Source: Strigamia acuminata
Taxonomy: Eukaryota
Assembly: GCA_949358305.1 (NCBI GenBank)
Contig: OX442314.1
Span: forward strand, 15,562,001 to 15,626,000
Direction of reading: 5' to 3'
DNA: 64,000 bases
In this document: positions 49,666 through 63,360 of the stretch, in pieces
Position numbering within the stretch: position 1 is the stretch's first letter
How the letters are laid out: the number at the start of each line of letters is the position of its first letter
Notes under the pieces: generated by a model
Databases searched by the model: none
What the model saw: the letters and a program-made list of their open reading frames with translations, nothing else
What the model was told of the DNA's origin: nothing
Translations under genes and position numbers: made by a program

Positions 49666-49860
49666 CTTGCTCATGTTGAATATGTTGAAACTGTCGACTG
49701 CTCTCGTGGTGTTTCCTCTTGTCTTGCACATTCCATTCACTGTTGGAAAAGTTTTCATCAACAGGCCTCGTGTACGGTCTTAATTGATGTTCACACGTCG
49801 GAGGATACAGATCGTAAATGTCCTCTGCACTTGGAAAACGATGTGGATGGAGAATAACGC
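49666..49860 (-). CDS. Dscam: Dscam-family cytoplasmic exon (GVILHPHRFPSAEDIYDLY...IQHEQ)
   Basis: Acceptor tttgtcttttag| at 49861, phase 1 to phase 1 (195 nt), weak donor AAG|GTACAT. Confidence 0.65.
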
Positions 49861-51279
49861 CTAAAAGACAAACAAAATAAATAAGAAGCAAAAGTTCAAC
49901 CGTTTCCCTTTAGTTTTTATTTCCATAAAGAAATTTACAATTCGCTTTGTTAATGAAGTTTTTGCTTAATGACGTACTTAAACGGTGGCTGATTAGACGT
50001 AATTAACATTTGCAAACGTAGATGAGCGTTTTAAATGAAGCTTTTCTCTTCATTATATCAAGACCATCTACTGACCTCCCAAACGTAACAATCTTACGAT
50101 GTCTCAAATAGATTAGATAAAACTGCTGAATTCTGCAACTCATTCTCAGTTTAATCCACTTAAAAAAAATAACTTACTGCCGCGACGGATTAACTTGCCT
50201 AAAAATACAGTCGCTTTTGTTTAAAAAAGAAGACAAAGATCAAGTAAACAACGACATCAGCTTGATAGAAGCGAGCATCGCCCTATCTTTTTAACTCTCC
50301 CAATTAAAAAGAGCGACAATTAATCTTTAAAGAGAAACTACAAACTGGCAGTTGGGTGAAATCAAGGAGAAAACCTACTTATAAAACTAATCTCACCACT
50401 GCAGCACCGTAATGAAGTTCACGTTAATTGACCGCTAATCAGACGCAGTAATCATGTTGCATACGACCGCAACGTCACAAGCACATTTCTCAACGCTAAT
50501 TTTATCCTGCCATAAACAGCATCGAAATTAAATTAACGACCGTGTTATCCAATTCACAATCCTACACTTCGATTCAAATCATTCATTTTTTTAGACCAGG
50601 TAAACAAAAAAATTCAAATTCTTTTTATTTCGAAAAAATATCTGCCCTATTTGTAAACTTTCTTAACAAATCCTATACAGTTACAACTGTCGTATAGAAG
50701 TTTAAGACTACTTGTGTCTCCTGTCCACCTTGTAGTTGTTCAACTGTCTGAGTTACAAGGACAGACGCGCTCAAACAAACTGCTATTGATCGCTTCTACA
50801 TTTTTTTTTATTGCCGTGAAACCATCCAAAATCCTTCATTTCATTCCAGTAAGAAATGGGAAAAAATATCTGATAGTTTTTGTCTTCTTCATTTCTTCAA
50901 TTTTCGATTGTGATTTATTAAATGAATTCAAACCGTACGAATAAAATAACTAGTTACGTTCACTAAAAAATGAAACTCAGATGCCCAAGTTGAGGGGCAA
51001 ATGATGTTACTTGAGAGCAGACAGGGCCAGACAGTACATGTGGAGTCCGTTATCAATTGTTCTTATATCAATTATTTGGACGTCTGCCCGCACTACTCAC
51101 ATGACATGAGCAATTGCAGAATGAGCAGTTATAAAAGAGTACTCAGCTGACACCAATTTCGCTCCATAAAATTATGTTAACGGGTCTTTACAAAATTCAA
51201 TAACGGAGCGAATTTCGCAGAAGAAAGAAACTAAACTAATTTTAAAATGTTTTATAAATTTTGAAATTAACATGTTTAC

Positions 51280-51337
51280 CTTCATGTTCTTCTAATTTTG
51301 GTCTTTTAGTCACTTTAGAATATAAGTCAGAAATAGG
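51280..51337 (-). CDS. Dscam: Dscam-family cytoplasmic micro-exon (PISDLYSKVTKRPKLEEHE)
   Basis: Acceptor tttttcgttacag|, donor AAG|GTAAAC. This 58-nt exon supplies exactly the phase 0 to phase 1 conversion needed between the flanking exons. Confidence 0.7.
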
Positions 51338-52282
51338 CTGTAACGAAAAACAAAAAGAAAAATTAAATATAAATAACATTTCGTGGAATTTCATCTGCAA
51401 AGCACACAACGATAACGTTTTCAATACAATTTCTTGAGCTGGCATTTTTTAACTTTAATGTTATTTACTTTCTTCGGGTAATTCTGTTTTCTAGCATTCA
51501 ACAAGTGCTATTAAGTTTTAAAGAGGAAAAAAAACTGCTTATTATACTGAGCGAAATGTGTTTGCACAATTAGCTAAAATTATAGTCTATAAAAGGTTAA
51601 TTAGCCGCGCAATTCAATTGAAGCCTCGATACTCCCATCCGAATAGACCCCGGTGGTCTTCCTGTTCATTTCTTAATTTACTTCTTCGACAACACGCCTT
51701 ACGTCATTAACATCCAAATGAAGTCGGCATCATTTACATACACTTCATTTCCACTATGAGCAATTAAAAAAATCCCTCAAGTTCACAATTCTACGACAAA
51801 AAAAATTATCCATTACTAAATTATTCCTATAAAGTTTTCTAGTTTCACATTTGTAAGTCGGAAACGCAATTAATAAGCTCAAATATTACATTTTAGCTTG
51901 TTTCGTGCTATATTTTTGCCGATTGAATGTGCTGGGGTATGCGGTTGTATATACTTCGTAGGTGCATTCGTGAAGTAATTTAAAATAAACAAAAGCCGCA
52001 TTTTAAATAAATGCTTGTCTCGGTGTAACTCCAAAAATGGCGGCTAATTTTGTCTGTTTTCAGTCGCAGTGGGCAAGCGCACGACGAAACGTGTTGAACT
52101 GCAAGATAAACATGACTTTACGAATTCGCCGTATACTGTTTATATTCAGAATCGAATGTAAATTCAGATTTATCGCAGAAAAGCAAAAATACTTCTTAAA
52201 AAAAAAAAACTAAAGGCATTATCAATTTTAAAAATACTGAACTTATATTAATCTATATGTCTCCTTATCTTAAATTACTTAC

Positions 52283-52425
52283 CACTAAATTTGATTGTCT
52301 TCTATCATCTTCATTCTGCACAGCAAATGTTCGTAAATGCAAGGCATTTTTCTTGTCATCACTAGTGTAACCCATTAGGCTGAATGTGGCATAAGGACAA
52401 ACGTCATCATAAACTACATTGCCGT
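52283..52425 (-). CDS. Dscam: Dscam-family cytoplasmic exon containing YDDVCPYATF
   Basis: Acceptor ttttcttttctag|, donor GTG|GTAAGT. The (D/E)xCPYATF motif is characteristic of arthropod Dscam tails. Confidence 0.88.
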
Positions 52426-53001
52426 CTAGAAAAGAAAAATACAAGCAATTTATTGAAACACACCAGAAAAGAAAACTGCTGATCAGACAAAACATAACAA
52501 AAATAAAAAAATAAAAATCCTCAGAAAATAATAAGATTGATGAAAATATTTTAGAAAAAAAAAATAAAAAAAAAACATTTCAGAATTTCATTCAACTTTT
52601 TAAAATTAAAATACAAAACGTGCAATTTCCAGAGAGCGAGAGAGAAAGAATGAGAGAGAGAAAATCTTTTGTCAGTTACATATAGTTACAGATCGAAAGC
52701 TGGCAAGATAGGTAAAGTGAATTTAAAGTTAAAGACGGGTAATTCGTCTTCAGAACGTGCTTAAAATTCCTGCCATCAGTCCAGAACGAATAAATTCTTT
52801 CCCCCCCCCCCCCATGCATCTTTGTCAGCACATCTTTCTACTTTCTAACTACAAGCAGTAATTAATACATCAAGCAACAAGAGTGACATCTGGTGGATTT
52901 GGTGTGAATTATTCATGGCCCTTTGCAAGCGTTACCAAGGTAATAATTTTTAAAGGCACACTCGCTTTCTTAAGGTTGCAAAAATCAATAGTGGCACTCA
53001 C

Positions 53002-53124
53002 CCATGTTAGGTGCATTTGCCGCCAGAGGGTACAACGGAGAGCGGCATTCGAGTGGTTGGCGACCATCCAGAGGACGTGTTTGGTTCTCAGTTTCAGGTC
53101 GTAGATCAGTGGGGGCGCCACTTT
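53002..53124 (-). CDS. Dscam: Dscam-family juxtamembrane cytoplasmic exon (KSGAPTDLRPETEN...LYPLAANAPNM)
   Basis: Acceptor tttttttttaaacag|, donor TGG|GTGAGT, 123 nt, phase 1 to 1, open in the required frame (which differs from the frame in the ORF track). Confidence 0.75.
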
Positions 53125-53880
53125 CTGTTTAAAAAAAAAAAGTCTTCATCCAATTTGAATAAAGCAACGTTCATTGCCTACAGCACGAGTGAGATTTACT
53201 GTATTTTTCCCCATCATATGCACGACACTTTTGTTCCTCTAACATTTTACGGCTTTCTCGTTTCAGTCAAACAAAACGTTTCAAGTGCCTGCACTCTCCC
53301 ATCTGATTTAAGTGGATAACAATTTTCATGAAATTTCATCAAGAAGAAATATGTGAGAAAGTTGAACTGTCGGCCAGGTGGTGGATCTTGCAATCTCAAC
53401 TCAAAGCAGACTGGAGACAGCAGACACTTCGCCTAAACATTTTAGGTCAAGTGAACACTTTTCATCTCACAAAAACCACACTCTTTCTTTGCTAAAAACA
53501 ATTTCCGGTTCTTCAGATCCAAAATAAATAATATGTAAAATATTAAATTGTTATCATTAAGTTTGCCATGATCAGAGTTAGTTTAAGTGTGTAAAAAAAT
53601 TCGAACTCGACAGCATAAATGCAGCTTTCCTGCATTGGCGCTATAAAACAAAAAAAACCAGCTGGGGGTGTCACTCTCCTCTGTTTCGATCTTTTGTTAA
53701 GAGTGTGCAGCAGTGGTAGTATCAGGTAGATCTCAGTGTTAGCAGTTTTTACAGGAAATTTCCAAGTGCTGGATGGCTTCTAGAAAGTTTCGGCACAGCA
53801 CTCTCTTCTGTCAATAACGATAACAAGAAACCAACAAATATCGGCGTTATTGACAAAAGTTGTTTATATTTACAGACACG

Positions 53881-53939
53881 AGGCGCATTAATCAAGTCAT
53901 TTAGATTTGTTTACATCGAATGACTTTATGAATGCGCCT
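53881..53939. repeat. 59-bp fold-back (mini-MITE-like) in Dscam intron
   Basis: AGGCGCATTAATCAAGTCATT ... AATGACTTTATGAATGCGCCT near-perfect inverted arms; same terminal motif as 3458-3630. Confidence 0.55.
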
Positions 53940-56219
53940 AGTGCTACGACATTAGAATTACAAATGTTCTAAGCCGAGGCTAATTTTTTAAAAATATCAC
54001 ATTTAGCATTATTTTTTCATCAGTAAACTGCACAAAATTTAACATTTATGTGTTTGTTTGCATATAGTTACAAACATATTTGCCAAATTATATTCCGTCA
54101 TTTAGTTTGCAAAATAAAATAAACTCCATTATAAATTTACGTTGATCAAATAAAGTGAAAATTCATTTACATAAATTTACAGGAGCAGTTAAACCCAACA
54201 CAAGCAAATCAACTTTAACCTTAGGCCAATACAAGTAGTTGGCTTCCACCTGCACTTAGAAAGCGACTCATTAATGTATGAATTTAAAAACAACCTTTTT
54301 ATTGCAAAACCACTACTTCTTGTTGACTGCTTGGTGAAGTCATAACATTCGGCTTTCATATTAAGTTTACACTTGCAAAACTTCCAGTTTGTTATTACAT
54401 TCTATTTCAAGTTGTAAACAAATGTGAACCTATAAGTTTACACACACACACAATATGCAAAAAAGCGTAAACATTGTAAAAATTTTATGTATAAACTTTT
54501 ATCCGAATGTCCTACGGCTGTCAGCTTAGTAAACATTCTCAAAGTGCAATACTGTAACAGTATATTCCGATGAATTTTTTATAAATACAAAATCTCATAG
54601 ATAACGGTGAATATTGCTTAAAGTGAATCCAGAAAAGCAATATAAAAAAATGTAAAACTTTAATGTTAGTGCATCAAATAATCCTTCGGGGCTCAGCTAT
54701 GAACCCAACTTTATGGGAAACAATGTGCGACGTTGATGAATACAGCAGAATTGCATTGCATGAAATATACTTTCCACAAACTCGAACACTCGTACACGCC
54801 CCAGAACATGAGCAAACGTGTCATCGTCTGCTGGCCACAGTGGTAAAATACGATTATAACTAAATCTGTCCCCACACTCTTCTAAAACTGCTTTATCGTG
54901 TGGTTTTTCTGGCCCCAGACCGCTTTTAATTTTTTTATGTCGTGAATAATTTTTAAGTGAACACTCTGTCTCGTATCAGATGGACAATCTAAAGCAGAGT
55001 ATCATTCATGCTTCAACAAATGGAAGTTGAGAAAATAAGAAAGGATAGAAAAAGTGAAACATGTCTCTTTTTTTATACTTTTCCCCCATCTTTCCTTTCA
55101 TTTCTCTTCCGGTTGATGCTCTCATTTCAGTTAGGGATGGAGAGAGAGGGGAAGGAAAAAAAATCTCTTTTCCATCTCCAACTCACTTATCACATGTCAC
55201 ACGTTAGATGCCGGTTCTTTTCTCCAACAAGCTGTCAGAGTCAATCAGAAATCTTCTTTGCTTTTTGATGTACGAAGTGCCTCATCCTTAATTGACAAAA
55301 AAAAATGCAAATATATTTTTCTTATTGCTCAACAGTCTCGTGTTTGAAACATCAAACAGTTGAGTTTTCTATTAAAACTGATTTGCAAGTGCCAAACTTT
55401 TTCTTCCAACTCAAAAGTTTAAGCATAAAATACGGTTTCAAAAATGGCCTCACTTAACCACTGCATAAAATACAGCACAACGTTTTGCTAAGATGCACTG
55501 CCATCGGTCTTGCGAATGCACACTAGAGAAACAAACTATAAGGTGTCCATAAATAATGTCACAAAGTCCAAAACCGCTAAGTTATGAGAAATGTAACTTT
55601 CTACAATTAATCACTGGCAAGGTGAAACTTCTGGACATTTATGTCTTTTGTCACATAAATAAACATTGTTCGCGTTTTTAATCTTGCTAAAGTTTGAGCT
55701 TGCACGGGTTCCAACTTTTCGATAACATTACTTGGCGGTGGCATCAATTTTCGCAGATAACATCTCAACATGTCTGCGACGCCTGTTATTGACTTGCACA
55801 TTTTCGACAAAATGCTAGTCACTGTTCCATTACACATTCGACTAATGTTGCAAATAACACTATCGCCAGGCTTGAATTATTGATTTGTCAAATTAAGAAA
55901 ATTATCTTTCCAAGAGCTTTCATGAACTCGCACAAATTGCAACTTTAAAATCGATTGATTTTCTGCAAAAAATTTAAATGCCAAAGAGACATCGCCTTTC
56001 TTTTCGCCATGGAATGTTTTTCATTGGAATTCTCTATAAGTGCATCTGTTTTTTCATTTTCATATCTTTATCAAATGGTAGCTAGTATCAATGTCAGTGG
56101 ACATTGTCCATCGATCATAACGTCCAGAAAGAATTAAAGGTCGTCTATAATACCATTAATAACGTCAATCTGTATTGTTCCACTGACATACCAACTTTAC
56201 TAATTAGCTGCTAACTTAC

Positions 56220-56387
56220 TTGTTGTTCGATATGTGGAGTATTTGCAACGTCTTGTAAAGCTACATACGCTCACGACGATGATAATACACGCCAAAAATG
56301 AAGCAACCAAAGGCATTACAACCGATATGTCCAAATAAAAAGAATTGCCGTCCTCTTCACCACTGATCGGAATGATGGAAGACATCC
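56220..56387 (-). CDS. Dscam: Dscam-family transmembrane exon (FYLDISVVMPLVASFLACIIIVVSVCSFTRR)
   Basis: Acceptor ttttactctttag|, donor CAA|GTAAGT, 168 nt, phase 1 to 1. Encodes one hydrophobic helix followed by basic residues. Confidence 0.88.
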
Positions 56388-56563
56388 CTAAAGAGTAAAA
56401 TAAATCTGACATTTAAAATAACGTAAATCCCAGCATTACAAACATTTGTTATATAAAAATCCTTAAATAACAATAGGTAACACACAACTAAAGAAGAAAG
56501 AAAACCAATTCATGTCTATTTCATTAATTTAGTAGTTTTTTTATTATATCTTTTTGCTCGCAC

Positions 56564-56854
56564 CTGGTATTGGAAGTGTGAACAGATTGTAGGTAGCATC
56601 TGTAGTTCCTGCATCGTTGTGTACAGTCACAAGAACAGTATAGTGTGTACTTGGTTGTAGTTCGGGTATGATGGCCCATTCGTGGTGAGGTTGAAGGTTA
56701 TTTGACACCATTACCCAGTTAGTATCTGATGGTGCCTTGTACTGAATCATGAAATTGCGAATTGGACACCCGCTGTCTGGCCATTCGGCCAACCAAATCC
56801 CAATGGCAGTTGTGTTTGGATGAATGACAGTGTGTTGAGATGGAATTCCAGGAG
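56564..56854 (-). CDS. Dscam: Dscam-family exon: last FN3 domain (NTTAIGIWLAEWPDSGCPIRNFMIQYK...HNDAG)
   Basis: Acceptor caatttcag|, donor CAG|GTGCGA, 291 nt, phase 1 to 1. The W.D.GCPI..F...Y and (H)N.AG signatures match the membrane-proximal Dscam FN3. Confidence 0.92.
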
Positions 56855-57156
56855 CTGAAATTGTTTTTAGAGGATTTCTTTTATAACAGTGAGCTTTGCT
56901 TTGGCCTTTAAGGAACCAGCCTTAAATGGGAAGACATATTAAACTTCGCAAATATAAAATAAATTGTTTAAAAAAGAAATTGCAGGAAGCAATAAGCAAT
57001 GTTAATAGACCATAAACTCGTCAGTTTATTTTTTAAATCAAATATTTAAACTTAACGGAGCAAAAGACTAATAACATTTTTTATTGCTTTCTGTATTAAA
57101 TGATTAATTTGTGATTTCCACTAAAGTAACTTTTGACGTTCGTAAATGATAATTAC

Positions 57157-57342
57157 CTGCTCCATCTGTACGTGTATGGACAACATTACTCGGTTGACTC
57201 GCACCAATATTGTTGTAAGAGGTGAGAAAAACTTGATAGTGTTTTCCACACTGTAGATTGGACAAAATAAAATTCGTTTTCTCTTTATCAATCTCCACAG
57301 TCTCCCACTCGCCGTACTCTCTTTTGAAATGCAACAAGTGAC
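57157..57342 (-). CDS. Dscam: Dscam-family exon: penultimate FN3 domain, second half (HFKREYGEWE...NLQCGKHYQVFLTSYNNIG)
   Basis: Acceptor tgttgcag|, donor CAG|GTAATT, 186 nt, phase 1 to 1. KRE.GEW and L.CG..YQ......N.IG motifs typical of Dscam FN5. Confidence 0.92.
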
Positions 57343-58475
57343 CTGCAACATCATCATACCGCACAAAATAAATAAAATACATATAAATCTTATCAAAAAG
57401 AAAAAATTTCAAATTTGTTTTTAAAAAAAAAAAAAATATATATATCGATTTGTACCTCTGCAATCCCAACCCATAAATTTTAAGACTAAGACAAAAAATA
57501 GCTTACAATAAAATCGATTGCCGTTTTCATCATGTCTTTAATGAGCTTAGTGCGCGCTTTTGCCTCGACATAATCTCAAGCTCGTATATAAAATATAATA
57601 AACTGCGCAACACCCGAATCTGATTTGTTAGCCACCTATAATTCTTCAAATCCCTTAACAAAGCAACTTTCGACTAAGATTGATTAAGAAACATGAAAAA
57701 AAAATATAATAACAGAAATCCTTACAATATATTTTTATATACACAGAATATAACACAAACTCCATAATTTTTTCTCCCCAACCAACTCAAAAATAAAGTT
57801 CCCAATTAATTGCTCCATTTATCACTCCACCTTTAAAAAAAATTAAAAGGGGGCAAAAAAAGTTTCGAATCGAGCCCAAGTTAACTCCGCCGACTTTGAT
57901 TCATTCTTCTTTCTCCTCTTCGGCAACGAGGGGATTATAAACATTAATTAGTCAGGCGTGATGCATGGTCTTTAGAAATGATTTCAGCCAGTCTCACCCC
58001 ACCCTGCAACTGAACTTAGTTCCTCTATAATACTTCCCAGCTGGGTTAGATTTATTTTCAATTCTAGATTGGATACTACGATAAAGAAGTGGCCCAGCGT
58101 GACTTTGCATTTGACGACGTGACCACAGTTAACACATAGTGCGGTGGGCCAGGTGTCAGTCTGACGAACGAGCAGTTCTTCCGACAAACAACCCAAACTC
58201 GAGTGAGCTGCTCACATAACTCTTATCCGTTTCTTGCAGGAAGGCATCAGTCAGCCAAGAATTTGCTCCCCATCAATATATTTCTAGATTAAACGATCGG
58301 ACTAATTATTTAGCTCACAACTGCGTCTGTTCTTTGCTTACAAAGATAGCTAATATCGGCATTAAATAATGATTTCCACCGTGTAAATCTTTAATGCCGG
58401 AAACTCGGTATTATTTTGTAAGCCGCAAAAAAATTGAAATAGAGATTACCTAATTGTTTACTTCCTCTTCCTTAC

Positions 58476-58574
58476 CTTTAATCACATTACCTCCATCGTC
58501 CTTTAGTTGCCATGCAACGTGAATACTAGATGATGTTGCCGTGGTAACGACTAAAGTAGGTATATCCGGGTGCG
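58476..58574 (-). CDS. Dscam: Dscam-family exon: penultimate FN3 domain, first half (AHPDIPTLVVTTATSSSIHVAWQLKDDGGNVIKG)
   Basis: Acceptor aattttacag|, donor AAG|GTAAGG, 99 nt, phase 1 to 1. Encodes the FN3 N-terminal strands with W and DGG. Not in the ORF track. Confidence 0.88.
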
Positions 58575-59925
58575 CTGTAAAATTTTAATAAAATTATTTT
58601 TAAAGGTATTGATAGCAAAGCATCTAGGGGCATGAAAAATGTGCTCTTGAATTGAGATCTAGGCAAATAAGAAAACAAAAGACTACATGTCAGCTGCAGG
58701 GATCAAATTGCTTAATTGCCTGAAGACAGGACATGTGAAAGGAACGCCAGAGAAATGAAGCAAAAGCCCAGGCAGATAAAAGAAAGGAAGGTTTGTTTGA
58801 GACGGGCGAGGGGAAGACGAAGTTCTTTTCATTCTGTCTCTGATGAGTTAGGAGTGAGAAAGACAGCTGCCTCACCCGTATGCTTGATCAACGTTCTTGT
58901 TGAATTTTCAAAAGAAATAGACAAAAATTTCGTTTAATTAAAAATTCTGGCTGTACGAAGTTACAAATTTCGAAAATTTAAATATAAATATTGGCATTTT
59001 AAACATTTCCAAAGTTTGCTCTGCTTTAAAGCCGAGAGATGAAAAATTAATATATTTCACCATTCGCAAATATTTGAACAGCATTCAATGCTAAAAACAA
59101 AAAGAAGTTAAATACAAAACATTTCAGCAATTATTTTTTGCTGAAACGATCAGCAAAATGTCTAAAAATAAGCATAGCTTAATACAAGCAGAGGATTTCC
59201 CCTTGATTTTGACGTGCACTGGAATATTCAGGTAAGAGGATTCAGCTTTCGCTTTTCATTCCCAGTAGATTAGCCATTTTTCGAACATTTACGTCAAGAA
59301 TAAATTTTAAAACGAGCAATTAGGTGCATTTCAAATTTATCCAGACAATTCAAAACAAATGTACAGACTAAATAAAATAACATCAATGATTTACAAGCAA
59401 CAAACAAACATTTTTCCTTATTTTGTAAAAATATTGTCTCTCACCGTGAGCGATAAAATATCACTCAAATTATTAATGTTATTTTATTTATACAGTGTAA
59501 ACTATCAAAACTGTTGCTAGTATTACGTCCAAACGCCCTCTGGCGACGTGTTGTGAAGAGAAAAATACCTTGTAGACCTTGTTGTAGAAAACTCCACAAC
59601 AGTATATTGAATTGCAGTAGTTTTTGAGTATTAAATGTCATTTGCCATTAATTTTTTAAATTGTCCGGATAAATTTGAAACATACCTTAGCTATGCAATT
59701 TAAGAAAATTGCAAATTTCAGCGCTCTGTAAATGCTTGACCAATTTTTTGAACAATAATAATAAAAAACAACAAACAAAGTTCGCCAAATGCTAAAAAGA
59801 CAATTAGAAAAAGTTCAGAAGCAAAAGCACTTGTTAGTAACTTTTTTTATTGACCGTAAAAAGAAGCGAGAAAAAGCGAGGGAGAAACACTAACAGCTAA
59901 AGTTAATGAAGCTTCTTAAACATAC

Positions 59926-60083
59926 CTTTGACAATTATCGTGTGCGTGATTTCGTCCGAACCAAACTTATTGGAAATTCGACAAGAGAAATTGCCCGAAT
60001 CAGAGCGCACAACATTAGACAGCTGCAAAGATCCATCGGGCAATATGTGGAATCGCTTGTGGCCCGCAATCACGTGTTCGGGT
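59926..60083 (-). CDS. Dscam: Dscam-family exon: C-terminal half of an I-set Ig domain (Ig10 equivalent)
   Basis: Acceptor ttttctcttag|, donor AAG|GTATGT. LPDGSLQLSNVVRSDSGNFSCRISNKFGSDEITHTIIV has the DxGxY/FxC Ig signature and directly precedes two FN3 domains and the TM, as in Dscam. Confidence 0.9.
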
Positions 60084-62522
60084 CTAAGAGAAAACCAACA
60101 ACAGCTGCTTATAACATTTAACACAAAAAGCCATCGCAAAAAGAATTTTTAAAATCCCTTTAGAAAATATAAAAGCAAATAAAGCCTGCCAGTTTGACAC
60201 AGGCGCCCTTCGGTCTTAAATACAATTAAGGTATTTGAGAAGGCAAAGGCGGACTTTAAATGTAACCTCCAGCGGAGAAAATGTGAAAAGTGCGGAATCA
60301 AGTTTTTAATCTAATTACACTTTCCTTTTCTTCAAATCATGTGGGAAAACTTTACCTCAACTTTGTTAAATATTTAAACTGCAGTAATTCAAACGTCTGA
60401 GCAGAAAACTTTAATTTATTTTTTAATATTAAAAAATAGAAAAAAGAAAAATCACTTATAACCATCGATCTAAATGATCGAAAGAAGTTCTCTTGCAAAC
60501 GGACGGCTTATTAAAGCACCTAATTTGCCTTCGCCTTGCTGCGACTGTGATCGGGCTAAATCTCTTTTTGCTTCTTTTTCATTTGTCGCTCAGTCAAGAA
60601 ATGAGATTTGCTGTCGCCTAATTAACTCGCTCGTTTACTTTCATCCTACTTCTTACCTCATGCCCAAGCATCACATTAACAAGAGACATTTCCTTTAGCC
60701 TCGCAACTATAACGTTGCAAAAGGATTGGTTTAACCCCTTGGCCTCGGCTAAAGTGGCCATTTCCATTTAAAATAGCCCAAAATCGAGTTACTAAAATTC
60801 CCTTTAAATATGATAAATGATATTTATTCATTAAATTTCTGGGATCGTGTAATAAATATTCATTGGTGAAATGTTGAATATGTTATTTATTCAGGGTAAA
60901 ACAACGTTTAAATAGCTTAACATACCAAAGTGACAGAAATGGTGTGGTAGAAAAATGTGGTTGCAACAAACGTGAAAACAAACTCGGCCGGCGTCGACCG
61001 TATTTGTGTTTCTTACTTTTGTAATGAATAATGCAATTAACCTTGTTTCAGTTTGTTTATTGCTTTTAAAACAAAATTAACCCCAACTAACCTGCGAGCA
61101 ACTTCTCGTAGAAAATGCAAATGCACTTAAAAATAAAACACCTTTCATTTTAAATTAATTTCTTAAACTTTAGTATTGATTTAACTGAATATCCCAGTAA
61201 CCAATCACGAACGAGTAGAACTTGTTAAGTATAATTACTTGTAGTCCCTTAAGGGATTATAAAACTTTATTTACAATTATTTCGTTAACCCCCCATTGGC
61301 CATTGAGCAACAAAATTGTTCACTGTTACAATACTGACTACAAATTCGAGTAAACCAATTTTAAAAAATAAAAAAAACATTCAAATTGCTCAAGGAAATG
61401 TAACTCAAAAGACCACATAAACAGAATAGCAATTTTTCACATCCACATTGTTGCTTTTTTCCCTTTTGGTTCTAAATTTTATCAACTGCAACTGCAAAAG
61501 GGCAATTCCGCATCGTATCTCAAACAGATAGAAAAGCAAAGGTAATGCTATAGTGTGCAAGCGTGTTGTACTTTTTCTTATCAATTCAACAGATACTGAG
61601 AGACGTCACCAGGAAATATATATTTGTTATCTGTGTGCACTCAATGGCCATTGGAAAGAATGGAGCTCTGATGCCAGATAAGAAGAGCTGAGTTTCGAAA
61701 TGGCCAACTTGCCTGCATTGCACACGTGCTCAACGTATAGCTAATGCCACACCCATTTAATGCTTTCGCTTTCTAGCTAGTCAACCGTAATCGTCGGACT
61801 AGTTTAGTCATTTTAATCGTATTTTACTTATCTGACGCAAACAATATTCATTTATTCTTATGTTTATTCTGTAATTAGAGTACGGACAATTTAGTGCTCT
61901 CTCAGGCCTCATTTTCATTGCTTTTAGCGATAAGAAGTTATCGCTTGAATCATAACAAGAGGAAAAATGGAAACATTCCATCTAATTCGTCTTAAGGTTG
62001 GCAAATATATTGCAAGCCATATTTAAAAAATGTAATAAAAACTTTAATAAAAGTAATTAAATGCTATTAAAATAGAAATAAAACAACCGTGACAAGTTTG
62101 TTGATGAAATTACATCAACTTTTAAAAGACGTTAATGGAGTAACTCTAATTTGATTTTTCTGTGTTGTCAAAAGTTAACGAAAAATAAGATTTGTACATT
62201 TAGAAAGTGCATTTCATTTCGTACAGTTGCCGTTACGCATCGTAAAATTGATGTAAAAACAAAACAGATTTTCTGAAATTCTAAAAGAAACTGCGGGTTA
62301 TCTGTTACGTATCGCTTTCATTAGGGCGTGTCATTTTAAAACAGCGACACAATTTGCAGCGACACAATATAGAGCGACACAACCTACAGCGAATTTATTT
62401 TATTCTTTATTTATTTATTTATTTATTTAAATTTAAATTTAAATTTAAATAAAATTTAATGAAATTACTTGTATTTTATTACAAAACTGGCAAAAAAAAT
62501 GTATTTTAAGTCAAAGATTTAA

Positions 62523-63261
62523 AGGTCATGAAGAGAAATGAAAATTTTCTCTCATGTCTTCAAAATAACCTGAAAAAAGGTTTTGTGACATTTTTAACTG
62601 TCAAACTTAAAAAATAATTAAGTATGAGTGGTTTTACATGATCAGATCATGTTTTTACCATTTGAAAAAGGGAGCCATTTTGTGCATTGCATTCTGGGAA
62701 TTTTATGTCGTCGATGACGTCATTTGTAAACACGAGGTAAACACACATCATGCGTACATTGTTTCTTAATAAAACTGTTACTCACTTTACTCACTTTTCT
62801 CATTTGTTATCACGGGGTATTGTGCAGCTGTGGTATGCCAAAATTGATCAAAAAGTGGAAAAATATCAATTTTTGTAGATAAAAATTTTGATTTAAAATC
62901 AACTTTGTAGCTAAAAACATTGATTTTATAGCTAAAAACACACATGAAACCTCAGATGTAGTTAAAACATCCAAATTAACATCTCCTTTATCACAAACGC
63001 ATAAAAACATGCTAAAATCACGAATTTTTGCTTGAATTCACCTGCTTGTTTGTCGTCGATGACGTATAAATAACGCCACCTGGTGACAGTATTTATAAAC
63101 TTTTAAAAACTGTCATGGCGGAACAATTACTACTCGGTTAGAAGTTTAACAATGCTTTTAAATAATACCCGGTAAGTTTGACAGTTAAAAATGTTACATA
63201 ACTTTTTTTCAGGTTATTTTGAAGACATGAGAGAAAATTTTCATTTCTCTTCCCATGACCT
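62523..63261. mobile_element. 739-bp non-autonomous DNA transposon with ~88-bp TIRs and TTAA TSD (Kolobok/T2-type termini)
   Basis: 62523-62609 is a near-perfect reverse complement of 63173-63261. Flanked by TTAA on both sides (62519-62522, 63262-63265), with AGG...CCT termini. Confidence 0.85.
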
Positions 63262-63360
63262 TTAATACATTTAAATTAAACTAAGGGGAAAATGAACTTT
63301 CGCTTCCACGTTCGCGTCCACGTCCACAGCCACGCCCGGATGGACGCCCGCATGGACGCC

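Noticed and set aside
52909..53121. ORF-track translation MAPPLIYDLK... as the Dscam exon
   Set aside because: Splice phases require a different frame (KSGAPTDLRPETEN...); the listed frame is incidental.
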